From: a virus
Lineage: Duplodnaviria; Caudoviricetes
DNA: 64,000 nt
Virus record (IMG/VR): IMGVR_UViG_3300028635_000004
Coordinates: 26,328-90,327 of that record
Reading direction: 5' to 3' (one strand)
Numbering within the stretch: position 1 is the stretch's first letter; each line of letters starts with the position of its first letter. The notes under the pieces are model-generated. The model ran no database searches, was not told where the DNA came from, and saw only the letters and a program-made list of their open reading frames with translations. Position numbers and translations under genes: made by a program. Of the stretch, positions 1-10,724 are shown piece by piece.

Positions 1-2
1 CA

Positions 3-1400
3 AGATCGATTGCTAAAGAAATACATCCTAATTGGGACGCTTTAATTAGCAAGGGTGAATATGCTGCAAATTTAATGGCACGTAACACTAACCAAATATT
101 TGGTGCTGAACTTAATTTACCGGTTGATTTTGTTATATTCTGGGCTGAAGAAAGCAGTAACCCGTTGAGACCAGAGGGTGGTACTGGCCAAGCTGTAGAA
201 ATGGCTAGGCGTAAAGGTATACCTACAATCAATATGATAGATGATAATTGGCGTGAACAGTTAGACAATCTATTAGCAGAATTAAAGCAACGTAAAGCTG
301 ATCTTAAGACACGTAAAGAAACTGAACCTAAGGTGTCTACTTCTACTATAGAAGTTACTAAACTTGGTGCGACGCCTATTAAAGCAGCAACCGATAAGTA
401 TACTAGGGAATCTGTTATGAAAGATACAGACTCATTATATATATTTACAGATAATACTGATAGGACATCTGGCACTAAAGCTAATGTCAGTGGTTGGTAT
501 GCAGAAAAGTATGGGGAAGGATTATCATATGGTACAGATCGTAACCCAACTACTGCTGTAATTAGGGGCTTAGATAATGCATATCCTATAAGTACTATGA
601 AATGGTTCTATAGGAAACATAACGTTAGTGTTGAAGAAGCCAGATGGACAGATGAAGAATTTGATGAGTTTAAAGAAACTATAGATGACGAGATAGATCA
701 AATAAAGAAAGCAATTAATAGTGGCAAATTTAAACAAATTATAATTCCCATGGGTGATGGTTTCTTTAATACTAGGATTTCTAATATTACTGAAGAAAGA
801 ACTCCCAATATATATAAATATCTAAAAAATAAGTTAGCAGAGTTAAAATCAATTGGAACTATAGACGAACCTATAAAAATTGCTAGTAAAAAAATTAAAA
901 ATCATTCGATGGTTTATTCAATGCCAGGTAAGGACAATATTACTGGCGTAGATACTTCTACTATTGAGATGTGTGAGATTGGTCTACGAACTGCTACAAC
1001 CAGATCATATCCACTTGGTGAAGTTGGGGATATAATAACATTTGCTGATAGGCCTCAAAAATATATAATTACTGATATTGAACAACTTACAGAAGAAAAG
1101 GTTACTGATCCAAAGTGGGTAGAAAAGTGGTCTGATAAGGAAGGATGGACTACAAAATATTTCTATTCTCATCTTAATAAAAAAGGATCTGCTGTAAAGA
1201 CTGGTAATTATCAGACATCGTTTAAAAAGATTAGTGATGCTGAAATTGCAGAAACTATTCGCACAAGTGAAATTACACCAGAACTTGTAGCAAGAATTAA
1301 TGATAAATTCAAAAATAAAGAAGGCTTTATTCCTTATAGTGCAGAGGATTTAATGAATATGCCAGCTAGAGAATTTAATAATATTATAAAGTGCTTATAA
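3..1400 (+). CDS. C-terminal part of a multidomain giant virion-associated protein (SLOG/DprA-like, DUF7831-like and ASCH-like domains); 5'-truncated by the window
   Basis: Frame is open from base 3 (..IAKEIHPNWDAL..LMARN..PVDFVIFW..GGTGQAVEMA..IPTIN, SLOG-like). YIFTDN motif is DUF7831-like. GLRTATTR..GDIITF is ASCH-like. The ORF track starts at the internal ATG at 75. Confidence 0.65.
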   Translation, partial: RSIAKEIHPNWDALISKGEYAANLMARNTNQIFGAELNLPVDFVIFWAEESSNPLRPEGGTGQAVEMARRKGIPTINMIDDNWREQLDNLLAELKQRKADLKTRKETEPKVSTSTIEVTKLGATPIKAATDKYTRESVMKDTDSLYIFTDNTDRTSGTKANVSGWYAEKYGEGLSYGTDRNPTTAVIRGLDNAYPISTMKWFYRKHNVSVEEARWTDEEFDEFKETIDDEIDQIKKAINSGKFKQIIIPMGDGFFNTRISNITEERTPNIYKYLKNKLAELKSIGTIDEPIKIASKKIKNHSMVYSMPGKDNITGVDTSTIEMCEIGLRTATTRSYPLGEVGDIITFADRPQKYIITDIEQLTEEKVTDPKWVEKWSDKEGWTTKYFYSHLNKKGSAVKTGNYQTSFKKISDAEIAETIRTSEITPELVARINDKFKNKEGFIPYSAEDLMNMPAREFNNIIKCL

Positions 1401-1401
1401 C

Positions 1402-4400
1402 ATGATTAAGTGTGTTAACATTAATCACCCTGATTTTGATCGGCTGCTAAAGGATTCAGGAATGGATCCTATAGCTTTGTCAGCTGAAATGGGGGTTTGG
1501 ATGGAAGAGAATAATACAGACGAGTGGCCTACTTTAGAACAATTGGGTATAATCAAGAAGAAGTCTTCTTTTATTTCAGATAGATTTAAAGATTTATTAA
1601 GTTCAAAAGACGATATTGCTATTAAAGATATTGAACAGTTTATCAAAGGTTTAGCCAATACATTCTCTAGTAAGAAATATGGTGGTCACTATACTGTACG
1701 CAGGGATGATATAATGCAAGTTGGTTTTAATCAAGCGCAACGAGCGAGGGATATTGTAGCAGAGATTAATAGGATTGTACCAGATTTATTATATTTACAA
1801 GATAACCCCATATATTATAGGAATCAACAAACAGGACAATACTTAATAAATAAAGATACTGGTGAACGTGTTGCTCGTGGTGATGTATGGACAAAAGTAA
1901 TTATAAGTGAAACAGCATTAAAACGTTACCTTGCATCAAGGTCTCAGTTATCATTTGACTTTGATCAACCCAAAGGACTTAGCGAGGATGATGTAAAGAG
2001 TATTGAGGATACAATGCCTGAATTTAAAGGACTTATTGGTGACACATTACCAATGGAGTTTGACCAATTTGAAAATCCCGAAGCTGATCCTAAGTTAGTC
2101 AACCTTATATATGCAGAGGCTAAGAAAGTGGGTGAATTACTTGATGGGCAAGGTGATACTGCTAGACCAATGGCTTTATTAGATGCTATAGAAGATAAGG
2201 TTGGTTTATCAGAAGTTAATGCTGAACATAAGAAACTTATTCAAGATTCACTTGGTGATTTGGCTGATATAGAGTTTAAGATTATAAAGAGGATTGATTT
2301 ACATAGCTTAGCTGGTGGTGCATTTAGGAAACATATACATGATTATGGTTTCACTCACATTAGTGCTAAGGATAATACACGTACTATATATTTAATTAAA
2401 GACAACCTTGATGTACCTGGCCATGGTACATTTGACCTGTTAGCTTCTACAATATTACACGAGTTATATCATGGTATATTATTTAATGCTATAGACAATC
2501 CTACAAGTGAAGCTGAACGTGAATTATCCAATGAGGTTAATAAGTTATTTAAAGCAGCAAAATCACAGACTACGTTTACTACACATGCTGCATATAAGAA
2601 TGTACAAGAGTTTGTATCATATGGTTTAACAGATCATAAGATTGTATCAGAACTTAAGGATATGAAGTATAACTGGTGGCAACGTTTTATACGTGCTATA
2701 GTTAATTTCTTTACTAGGTTTACTGATGCTGGTGAAGGTGGTAAATCACTTACATATTATGACTCTTTATATAATGCCGTATTTGGTTATATTAGTAAGC
2801 AACGTACTATTAAACCTGTATTAAATGGTGAAGTAACATTGGCAGCCGGTGAGCCTATAAAATGGTTAAGTGGTATAACTGGCTTAAGAACTACATATGA
2901 GAACGCTAAGTTAATTGCTAATAATTTTAATAGAACTTTAAAATCATATCATAATTTCCTTGCTAATGTATCACCAAACGAAGCTGAATTTATAACTACG
3001 GAGCATGGTCAAAACATAATGGGTTTCTCTGGTGTACCATCAGATTTAATTGCCAAACAAAAAGACCTATCAAAATTCAAATATAATAATGTTTATGCTA
3101 CTATTAGGGAAGCTGTAATGAATTATGAAGGCAGAGCTAAGATTGTAGATAAAGAAGCATTAATAAGTATGTTAGAGAATAGATTTGGTAAGAATGCTGC
3201 TGTAGTTACTAATGTATTTGTACACAATATAGATAGGAGAATGTATGATGTCATAGACTTTGTTGTTGTACATAGCGATGATGCTAGCAAAGGTTCTATT
3301 GTATATAGCTTTGTAGACTTCTATGAATCAAATGGTGAAATGGCTACATTTGAAGATGTTGTTAAACTTGATAAGAAGAAGGGATTATATAAACCTATGG
3401 CTTGGAGTGATAGGTTGGATATGAGACTTAGCTGGGCAAATATAATGTTTAAGCATAAGTTTTATGTTGAAAGACAAGGTCCTGATATCTTATTTGACGC
3501 CCACAGTTTAAATGTAATACCAATAGCAGAAGATAATGAAGGCAATGCTAGATTAGATGGTGATATAACAGAAGTAAAGATGTCTGGTATGGGTCACTTC
3601 TTCTGGCGTGATAGTTTTGATAAAGCGCGTGCTCAAGCATTTGAAGAATATCAATCGGATATAGACATTGAATTATCAGATGAAGTAGAAGATTATACTA
3701 AGGAGTACTTCAATAGGATAGAGTTAGAGATGCATACGTTAAAAGAGGATCAAAAGCTAGTATACGATGCTATAAAGATGTTACATAGACGTGGTCTTGT
3801 TAGTAGGGCGTTTGGTCGTAGGTTAGCTACTGTTGAAATTAGTGGCTTACTTAAGACTTTAATAACTGAGCACGAGGAATCACAGAGAGCTATAACGTCA
3901 TTGGTAGAATACATCTATAAAGAGTTAACTAAGGCTTTTGCTATGCTGCAGGAAACAGATATGCAAAATAAGAAAATCAATAAGAATACATTAACCGCCT
4001 TCTATAACATGACTAAGTCGTTTGAGATAATAAACGATATTGCGTCATACTTTATGATTATAGAGAAGGATACTCCTGAGCTAAAAAACTTAGATTTAAA
4101 GATAAAGGAGAGTATAAGCTGCTTGGCGTATATTAAAACCGCTTACAAAAATAGGGCTATAAACTTGTTAGTAGATTTCCTTGCGCCTTACTATAGTAGG
4201 ATAAAGAATGAACAATTAGAAAAGTATGCTAATGACTATAGGAGGTTTAAGTATTGGCTAAGTCGCATTGAAAAGGGTGATGAACGATATACAAAATATG
4301 ATTATCATCGTAGAGTACCTAGCAACTTTAACCCAGACTTTACCGAGGAAGAATATGTAGCATCGCAGTATAAAAAGAATGAAAAGAGCATCAATGATAG

Positions 4401-7071
4401 CACACGTCTTATTATAGCAGAGGAATTAGTCAAGGGTCAAAAGGATATTGCTTACTTAACAATGTTAGTAGATAACATACTTGATACAGATGATGCTGTT
4501 GTAGGCGCATTTGTTAAAGCACTTAGTACTATAGATGATGAGATACGCTTAGATATTGAAGAGAAGCGTTCAAATTACTTCCTTATACTTCAAGATTATG
4601 AACGTTATATGACCAATAGTCGTAAGGCATTTACCAATTACATGGAAATGTATGACTTTATGCTAAGTCGTGACCCAAAGACTGGTAAATATAATGGTTA
4701 TATTATAACACAGTTTAGTCCAGAGTTATTGAAGAAACGTGACTCTATATTTGCAATGACTGAATTGTACGATGAAGAGGAAAAGAAATTCTTCCGTAGC
4801 ACATGGCTTAACTACAATATGCCAGTTAACTATGATAAATATTTAGATGCTCTACTAAATCATATAAAGTCATTAGCTGAGTCAGGTAAAATAACTGAAG
4901 CCGAACTCAAACATATGTACAATCACTTAGCAACGGATAGGAAATATTTTGATGTTAAGTTTTTACTTGAGAAAGGTTATATCAACGAGGATATAGCTAA
5001 CGATTTATATGAGTGGATAGGTGTTAATAGGGATTTATATAGGGAACCTGCTGAAGAATGGATTACAGACGAATGGCGAGCACTTAGTAAAATACTTGAA
5101 GATAAAGATGATCCACGTAGTCAAGTATATAATGCTATCATAGAAATGCGTGATTTAGCAGATTCTATGGTACCTGCTAGCAGGGGTATAAAGAATAGGT
5201 TGCCCGGTGTTATAAAACAAAAGGAAGAACGTGTGGGTGCTGGTCAACCTGTAGGTAGGTTAATAGCAGACTCTTTAAGAAAGACGTTTACTTTCCAAGT
5301 CGATGATACTCATAGGCATAATGAGATTATTACAGAAGGCAAAGAAGCATTATATTTCTTACCAGTACATTACAATAAACCTGTTGTAAAAGTTATAGAA
5401 GAAGATGGTAAACAAGTAATACGATTTGATGAGGAGAATCAATCATTTGACTTATTTAGTATATATTTCTCATACTTAACATCTGCTATATCATATAGTA
5501 AGAAGCGAACTGTGCTTGCTGAAATTGATATGATGAAGAATCTATTGAAAGTAAGGGAGTTACCTAAAAAAGCTTCGTTAACCAGTGTATTAAAACGAGT
5601 TAAGGATGATCCATCGGATATATTAAAGATGGGTTATAAAGAACAAGCTGTTAAGGTTGGCGGCAATATATATGAAATGTTTAATACATGGGTTAATGCT
5701 ATATGGTTTGGTCAATATTCTGCGGATGTAGGTAAGATATTTGGCCTTGATGCTGGTAAGATAGCGGAGTTTATTAAAAAGTATACGGCAGTAAAGTTAC
5801 TTGGTCTTAACGTAATCCAAGGTGTAGCTAACGTTACACTAGGTGAATTCCAACAGTGGAATGAAAGTATAACTGGTGAATTCTTTAAGGCTCCTGCTTA
5901 TGGCAAAGCACACTTAGACTATTTAGCTAACTTACCAGGTATAGTTGCTGACTTAGGTTCACGTAAGCCGAGGAATATATTAAGTTTATTGGGTCAGCAC
6001 TTTGACCTTATGGATATGCCAGAAGCAAGGCGTTTAGGTAAACGTTCAAGGATAGGTTGGTTATCATTAACAGACTTTGCGCAATCAACTAACACTGCTG
6101 GTGAAAATTTTATGAAGTTTAAGTTTATGTCAGCTATGTTATATCAAAAACGTGCATATGATAAGGATGGCAATGATATAGGTTCTATTAGGGATTTTTA
6201 TACTACAAAATCATATAACAAGAAAGGTGAAGAAGTTGATCCGCATGATAATCCACATGAGGTAAGGCTTACTAAACTTGTATTTGATCCTGAAGGTAAA
6301 GTAGACTTAGTTAAATCTGAATGGACGCCGGCCCATAGAAATGATTTTAAACAACGATTAGAAGGGTTATTAGGTAGGATACATGGTGACTGGTCTAATT
6401 TAGCTAGGGCAACTATACAACATCATCCTTGGGTATCTATGTTATACATGTTTAGGCGATTTATACCACCTGGTTTCCGTAGACACTGGGGTAAACATCG
6501 TTATGAAACACGTAATTTACAGAGTGTAGAAGGAATGTATATTAGTACATTTAACTTCCTCTTTAAACCATTTATAGACGCATTTAGGGCTAAGCGCAAC
6601 CTTGATGCTGAAATAAACGATATAATCCCTTTAACGTGGGGTGAACGTTGGGCAATGCTATCGGATCATCAGCGTGCTAATATTGGTCGTACGGCCTTAG
6701 AAATAGTCGATGTAGCCATGATTATGCTACTCTATAGATTACTTGCTGGTGATGATGACGATGAACTATCTTATGCAGATGAATTCCTCATATATCAGTT
6801 ACTTAGGTTAAAGTCTGAAATATTATTCTTTATATCACCGGGGGAAGCTATGAAAATATTACGTTCACCTATGGCTTCAATGTCTGTTTTTGAAGACTTA
6901 GCTAAGTTTGCTCAACAAGCAATGAACCCATTTGAAGTATATGAGAGTGGCCCTTGGGATGGTCAATTAAAGATATATAGGCGTTTGGTTAGTATGATAC
7001 CTATCTACAGGCAAGCATACAGGCTACGTGATGTTGGTGATCAAATACCATACTTCCAACGCCCACAATAG
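1402..7071 (+). CDS. Giant (1889 aa) crAss-like virion cargo/ejected protein with a zincin-like metallopeptidase motif
   Basis: Long ORF; STILHELYHG (HExxH) followed by EFVSYGLTD; N-terminal MIKCVNINHPDF; located at the end of the + strand block. Confidence 0.6.
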   Translation: MIKCVNINHPDFDRLLKDSGMDPIALSAEMGVWMEENNTDEWPTLEQLGIIKKKSSFISDRFKDLLSSKDDIAIKDIEQFIKGLANTFSSKKYGGHYTVRRDDIMQVGFNQAQRARDIVAEINRIVPDLLYLQDNPIYYRNQQTGQYLINKDTGERVARGDVWTKVIISETALKRYLASRSQLSFDFDQPKGLSEDDVKSIEDTMPEFKGLIGDTLPMEFDQFENPEADPKLVNLIYAEAKKVGELLDGQGDTARPMALLDAIEDKVGLSEVNAEHKKLIQDSLGDLADIEFKIIKRIDLHSLAGGAFRKHIHDYGFTHISAKDNTRTIYLIKDNLDVPGHGTFDLLASTILHELYHGILFNAIDNPTSEAERELSNEVNKLFKAAKSQTTFTTHAAYKNVQEFVSYGLTDHKIVSELKDMKYNWWQRFIRAIVNFFTRFTDAGEGGKSLTYYDSLYNAVFGYISKQRTIKPVLNGEVTLAAGEPIKWLSGITGLRTTYENAKLIANNFNRTLKSYHNFLANVSPNEAEFITTEHGQNIMGFSGVPSDLIAKQKDLSKFKYNNVYATIREAVMNYEGRAKIVDKEALISMLENRFGKNAAVVTNVFVHNIDRRMYDVIDFVVVHSDDASKGSIVYSFVDFYESNGEMATFEDVVKLDKKKGLYKPMAWSDRLDMRLSWANIMFKHKFYVERQGPDILFDAHSLNVIPIAEDNEGNARLDGDITEVKMSGMGHFFWRDSFDKARAQAFEEYQSDIDIELSDEVEDYTKEYFNRIELEMHTLKEDQKLVYDAIKMLHRRGLVSRAFGRRLATVEISGLLKTLITEHEESQRAITSLVEYIYKELTKAFAMLQETDMQNKKINKNTLTAFYNMTKSFEIINDIASYFMIIEKDTPELKNLDLKIKESISCLAYIKTAYKNRAINLLVDFLAPYYSRIKNEQLEKYANDYRRFKYWLSRIEKGDERYTKYDYHRRVPSNFNPDFTEEEYVASQYKKNEKSINDSTRLIIAEELVKGQKDIAYLTMLVDNILDTDDAVVGAFVKALSTIDDEIRLDIEEKRSNYFLILQDYERYMTNSRKAFTNYMEMYDFMLSRDPKTGKYNGYIITQFSPELLKKRDSIFAMTELYDEEEKKFFRSTWLNYNMPVNYDKYLDALLNHIKSLAESGKITEAELKHMYNHLATDRKYFDVKFLLEKGYINEDIANDLYEWIGVNRDLYREPAEEWITDEWRALSKILEDKDDPRSQVYNAIIEMRDLADSMVPASRGIKNRLPGVIKQKEERVGAGQPVGRLIADSLRKTFTFQVDDTHRHNEIITEGKEALYFLPVHYNKPVVKVIEEDGKQVIRFDEENQSFDLFSIYFSYLTSAISYSKKRTVLAEIDMMKNLLKVRELPKKASLTSVLKRVKDDPSDILKMGYKEQAVKVGGNIYEMFNTWVNAIWFGQYSADVGKIFGLDAGKIAEFIKKYTAVKLLGLNVIQGVANVTLGEFQQWNESITGEFFKAPAYGKAHLDYLANLPGIVADLGSRKPRNILSLLGQHFDLMDMPEARRLGKRSRIGWLSLTDFAQSTNTAGENFMKFKFMSAMLYQKRAYDKDGNDIGSIRDFYTTKSYNKKGEEVDPHDNPHEVRLTKLVFDPEGKVDLVKSEWTPAHRNDFKQRLEGLLGRIHGDWSNLARATIQHHPWVSMLYMFRRFIPPGFRRHWGKHRYETRNLQSVEGMYISTFNFLFKPFIDAFRAKRNLDAEINDIIPLTWGERWAMLSDHQRANIGRTALEIVDVAMIMLLYRLLAGDDDDELSYADEFLIYQLLRLKSEILFFISPGEAMKILRSPMASMSVFEDLAKFAQQAMNPFEVYESGPWDGQLKIYRRLVSMIPIYRQAYRLRDVGDQIPYFQRPQ

Positions 7072-7110
7072 TGTGACTTAAGTTTCATTAAAATTTAATT
7101 ATGGGTATGT

Positions 7111-7141
7111 AAAAAAAAGGGGGTCTCTTGACCCCTTTTTT
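7111..7141. terminator. Bidirectional intrinsic terminator at the convergence of the two arms
   Basis: AAAAAAAAGGGGGTC-TCTT-GACCCCTTTTTT between convergent genes. Confidence 0.85.
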
Positions 7142-7961
7142 ATTTCCCCTTAGATTTTAAGTAAATATATTTGCTAAGGTGATCACGCATAATAAGTACT
7201 ATCTTATCTATAGTCTTATTGTTACTGCTCAGTATACTCTTATGTATATTGTCTATTAGCACAGGATCTCTGTATTCTTTAGGTAGCATAGACTCTACAA
7301 TAGTCCTAAGTATCACAGGATCTGTTACTTTAAACTCTACAATACTTTCAAATCTACCGGGTCTTTTCATTATAAATCCTGGTAACCTTGAAGTATCATT
7401 TACTGTTGCAATAAATATTATATTCTCAGGACTATCTACACCATCTAATAATGATAATAAAGGAGCATCATTATTACTTACAGATTTCTCAAATTCATCA
7501 AATACCCATACTATGGGTTTATCTGTGAATGTTCTAAGGTGTTGAATGATCTTCCTTGTCATTTCACCATCTACTTCTGTTGTAACGATGCATATACCAC
7601 CTTTTTTATCAACAATCCTTTGCCCAATTAAACCAGCTGTATATGTTTTACCAGTTCCTGGTTCTCCACAAAACATCAGTCCTATTTTGTTTTTTAATTT
7701 GAGTATTCTTTTTGCTTCAGCCATAGCATCGCTAAGGTGAATATTAATCAAGTTATCAATTCGTTTGTATATTCCTGCTTTTACAAACTCTTTATTTACA
7801 AATGTATTAACTTTATTTAGGTATAATACTTCTCTTGTACCAAAGAATGTTTCAATCTTTTGTACTTTCAGTGAATATACACCTGGTTCTAATGTAGTTT
7901 CAATATTATCTATGGTTTCAAATGAAATCCTTAAAGAACCATCTTCTTCTCTTATGAACAT
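7140..7961 (-). CDS. AAA+ ATPase
   Basis: Walker A GEPGTGKT, Walker B VFDEFEK, LLSLLDG, ATVN, RPGRF arginine finger. Confidence 0.85.
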   Translation of the reverse strand: MFIREEDGSLRISFETIDNIETTLEPGVYSLKVQKIETFFGTREVLYLNKVNTFVNKEFVKAGIYKRIDNLINIHLSDAMAEAKRILKLKNKIGLMFCGEPGTGKTYTAGLIGQRIVDKKGGICIVTTEVDGEMTRKIIQHLRTFTDKPIVWVFDEFEKSVSNNDAPLLSLLDGVDSPENIIFIATVNDTSRLPGFIMKRPGRFESIVEFKVTDPVILRTIVESMLPKEYRDPVLIDNIHKSILSSNNKTIDKIVLIMRDHLSKYIYLKSKGK

Positions 7962-7985
7962 TCTGTTATCTTTTTGTTAGTTAAT

Positions 7986-8013
7986 AAAAAAGGGGGTATT
8001 ATAACCCCCTTTT
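7986..8013 (-). terminator. Intrinsic terminator
   Basis: GGGGGT-N6-ACCCCC hairpin with a T-run on the - strand after ORF 8029-8841. Confidence 0.7.
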
Positions 8014-8028
8014 ATTTGTTTGTATTAT

Positions 8029-8841
8029 TTAAAAACCATAAGAGAACTTTACATTACTGCTTTCTAAAGTTTTTAAATAATCTCTAGCCTTACCAATAGC
8101 ACTGGTGGTATTTATACGCTTAAATTCTTTACGTCCAACAAATTGTTTATAAAGCTCTTCTGCGGCCCTAAGTATTTGTTTACGGAATAACTTAGTGAAT
8201 AAACCGCGCGGCCATACAATCCTTTCACCATCTTTAATAGTTTCGAGATATGCTATTTGCTCATTGAGTTTATTAATTTCAGCAAGTCTTTCAGCTTCAA
8301 CAATATTAGCGGCTTTGTCGAGTTTAAGATTCTCATAATCTTCTTTGACATCTTTTAATTCTTTATGAAGTTCTTTAATTTGATCTTCATAATCATCTAC
8401 AATGTCATTGTGATATTTCCTATTTTTCTTCTCTAATGCCGTAATCTTGTCTTTTAAATTATCAATCTCTTCTTTCTGAGATTTAACAATTTTCGCCTGC
8501 TCTTTATTAATAGAGTTTTCTATGATCTTTACTAACTCAGGTGAGTCTTTTGAAAGCCTTACAAAATTGTTGTAGAGAATACCGCTTGGGTTTTCAGCAT
8601 TTGTTAAATACACATAAGTGTTAGCTTCTGATACATCGTTTTCTAACTTACTTATTTCTGTATTAAGGTGTGCAATTTCACAATTGCGTTGTGTAACAAT
8701 GTCTCGCTGATTCTCAAGTTCTCTTTTAAGGTCATTCACCTCATCAATCATAGATTTATACTCATTAAGAGTAATCGTCATAGTATTAATTGCATTTTCC
8801 ATATTATTGTTATTGTTTGTTAATAATGTTTTCAAATTCAA
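8029..8841 (-). CDS. Coiled-coil hypothetical protein
   Basis: ORF with heptad-rich E/K composition; the true start may be MENAI. Confidence 0.6.
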   Translation of the reverse strand: MNLKTLLTNNNNNMENAINTMTITLNEYKSMIDEVNDLKRELENQRDIVTQRNCEIAHLNTEISKLENDVSEANTYVYLTNAENPSGILYNNFVRLSKDSPELVKIIENSINKEQAKIVKSQKEEIDNLKDKITALEKKNRKYHNDIVDDYEDQIKELHKELKDVKEDYENLKLDKAANIVEAERLAEINKLNEQIAYLETIKDGERIVWPRGLFTKLFRKQILRAAEELYKQFVGRKEFKRINTTSAIGKARDYLKTLESSNVKFSYGF

Positions 8842-9196
8842 GTTTTTCGTCTACTATTTTGATTATCTCTTCAAAACTTAATGAGTCTGGTAAAGTTGAT
8901 AATATTGCTTTTAATTTTCTTTCTATAGCAACACTGATGGGATATCTATCATATATGCGACCGAATATTCCCACATTAAATATACGATTAGATATGCTGC
9001 AAGCTTTATCTTTAGCAAATTCGTTATCCAATCCCTTGTCTATAAGGAAAGATTCAATTTCAGCAATTGTTTGTTTGTATTTATCAGATTCCAATATTTC
9101 TTTGATTCTAACAGATTCTAAATCTTGGATCTTTTTTTGATACTCAGCATATAAATACATAAAAAGATTATTTATTTGTGAGTCGTTTAAAGTCAT
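8810..9196 (-). CDS. Hypothetical protein
   Basis: ORF in operon orientation. Confidence 0.55.
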   Translation of the reverse strand: MTLNDSQINNLFMYLYAEYQKKIQDLESVRIKEILESDKYKQTIAEIESFLIDKGLDNEFAKDKACSISNRIFNVGIFGRIYDRYPISVAIERKLKAILSTLPDSLSFEEIIKIVDEKLEFENIINKQ

Positions 9197-9235
9197 CTGA
9201 TAATTGTTTTTGTTAATAAACGAGAAGTGCTGAGC

Positions 9236-9739
9236 CTAAAGACCCAGCACCTCTACTACTAAATTTGGCTTATACCAATATTCATCATTCTTTAAGTCCT
9301 TTACTGGGTCAATCTCAGTATATTTCTTATAGAATGCCTTAACATGTTTGTTAGGTTTATGGTATAAGATTCCATATATAAAAGAATCGTCAGTTTCTTC
9401 CCAGAAACTTAGTATTCTGTTCTTAGCATCTTCGGACAATTTAGACCAATATCCTCTCAAAATATTGACATAATCGTCTTGGTATACTTCGGGTAATTCA
9501 TAGACAAATACACGACGACCAGCATCTCTATATTCGTCTACTTTGTTTTGAACTGGCAATTCAGTTCTTTCAGAATAAACAAGTATGATTTTATCATCAT
9601 ATTGTTTTTTGTTAAAGTCCGCTACATAAGCGTTAACAAAACTATTAGTAATGATTTGCGAACTTTTTGTATCCTTTGAGAATAATAGTGGGACTAGAAA
9701 ATAAGTTGTTTGTGTATATTTAAGTTTTAATAAGTCCAT
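9236..9739 (-). CDS. Hypothetical protein (replication module)
   Basis: ORF tightly coupled to the upstream nuclease gene. Confidence 0.6.
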   Translation of the reverse strand: MDLLKLKYTQTTYFLVPLLFSKDTKSSQIITNSFVNAYVADFNKKQYDDKIILVYSERTELPVQNKVDEYRDAGRRVFVYELPEVYQDDYVNILRGYWSKLSEDAKNRILSFWEETDDSFIYGILYHKPNKHVKAFYKKYTEIDPVKDLKNDEYWYKPNLVVEVLGL

Positions 9740-9740
9740 A

Positions 9741-10724
9741 TTATTCCAATATATCTAAACCATTTCCTTCATAATATTCTCTGGTGTACTCCCATAAATT
9801 GGTTTCAAAATGCCACGATAATCTGTTCATTAGGATTGCTATTTCATCAAATCCCTTATTCAACATATCATCTGTTATTTGATATACTCTTACATCATGA
9901 GGTTGCGTACTTTTTATAGCTACTATATAGACTTCAAATTTATAATCTTCTACGTCCATTTTAAGTACGTTTTTAATATACCAGTATATTGCTAATGAAT
10001 AGAAAGCCATCTGTCTATGGTAATTGAATGTATAGACTGAATCCTTGAATGTCTTTAATGATATTGTAGTTTTTATGTCTACTAATTTTATAACTTTGTT
10101 GTTAGTGTCTATAATTAATCTGTCAATCATAGATTTACAAGGAACATGTTTATGCAAAGGATGTTCCCATTCTAACTCTAATTCATTGTAGCTTAATATA
10201 CCAGCTTGTATTTCCTTATCAAATAAGAGTTCGTTTGCTAATTTATGGTTATACGTATTTTCAAAACACGTATCAATTCTTTGTTTCTTAGCAAATGTTA
10301 ATACTTCTTTATATTTTTTAGCTTTGGTTAAATATGTAAGGTAATCTTTTAACTTATCATACATATCCTTAGCTTCTTGAAGTATCTTATCGTCTGATTT
10401 ACCTTTGGTTGAGTACGCAGTACTGTAAGCTAATATAAGCCTGTCTTCTTTCTTCATATGTGGCCTTTCCACATATACAGTGCAAAATAGTTTTTGTTGC
10501 TCTGACTTTGGTAATTCATAACTAAGAACTGTATATGATTCTTTAAACCTCTGTGGTTCTAATATCCTCATATGCACTTGCCTACCAAAGTCTAAGTATC
10601 TTTTATCAACCTCTTCTATTTCTTCATCTAAAAACTTTTTAAAAGTTAATGGCGATTCCTCGAAATAACTTAAAGAGTGTGAAGATACTGCTTTAATCTT
10701 GAAGTAATCCTTCTGTTCCGGCAT
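9741..10724 (-). CDS. PD-(D/E)XK exonuclease (RecE/DUF3799-like)
   Basis: VSSHSL..FGRQVH..CKSMIDRL..LVDIKTT..YHRQMAFY motifs. Confidence 0.8.
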   Translation of the reverse strand: MPEQKDYFKIKAVSSHSLSYFEESPLTFKKFLDEEIEEVDKRYLDFGRQVHMRILEPQRFKESYTVLSYELPKSEQQKLFCTVYVERPHMKKEDRLILAYSTAYSTKGKSDDKILQEAKDMYDKLKDYLTYLTKAKKYKEVLTFAKKQRIDTCFENTYNHKLANELLFDKEIQAGILSYNELELEWEHPLHKHVPCKSMIDRLIIDTNNKVIKLVDIKTTISLKTFKDSVYTFNYHRQMAFYSLAIYWYIKNVLKMDVEDYKFEVYIVAIKSTQPHDVRVYQITDDMLNKGFDEIAILMNRLSWHFETNLWEYTREYYEGNGLDILE

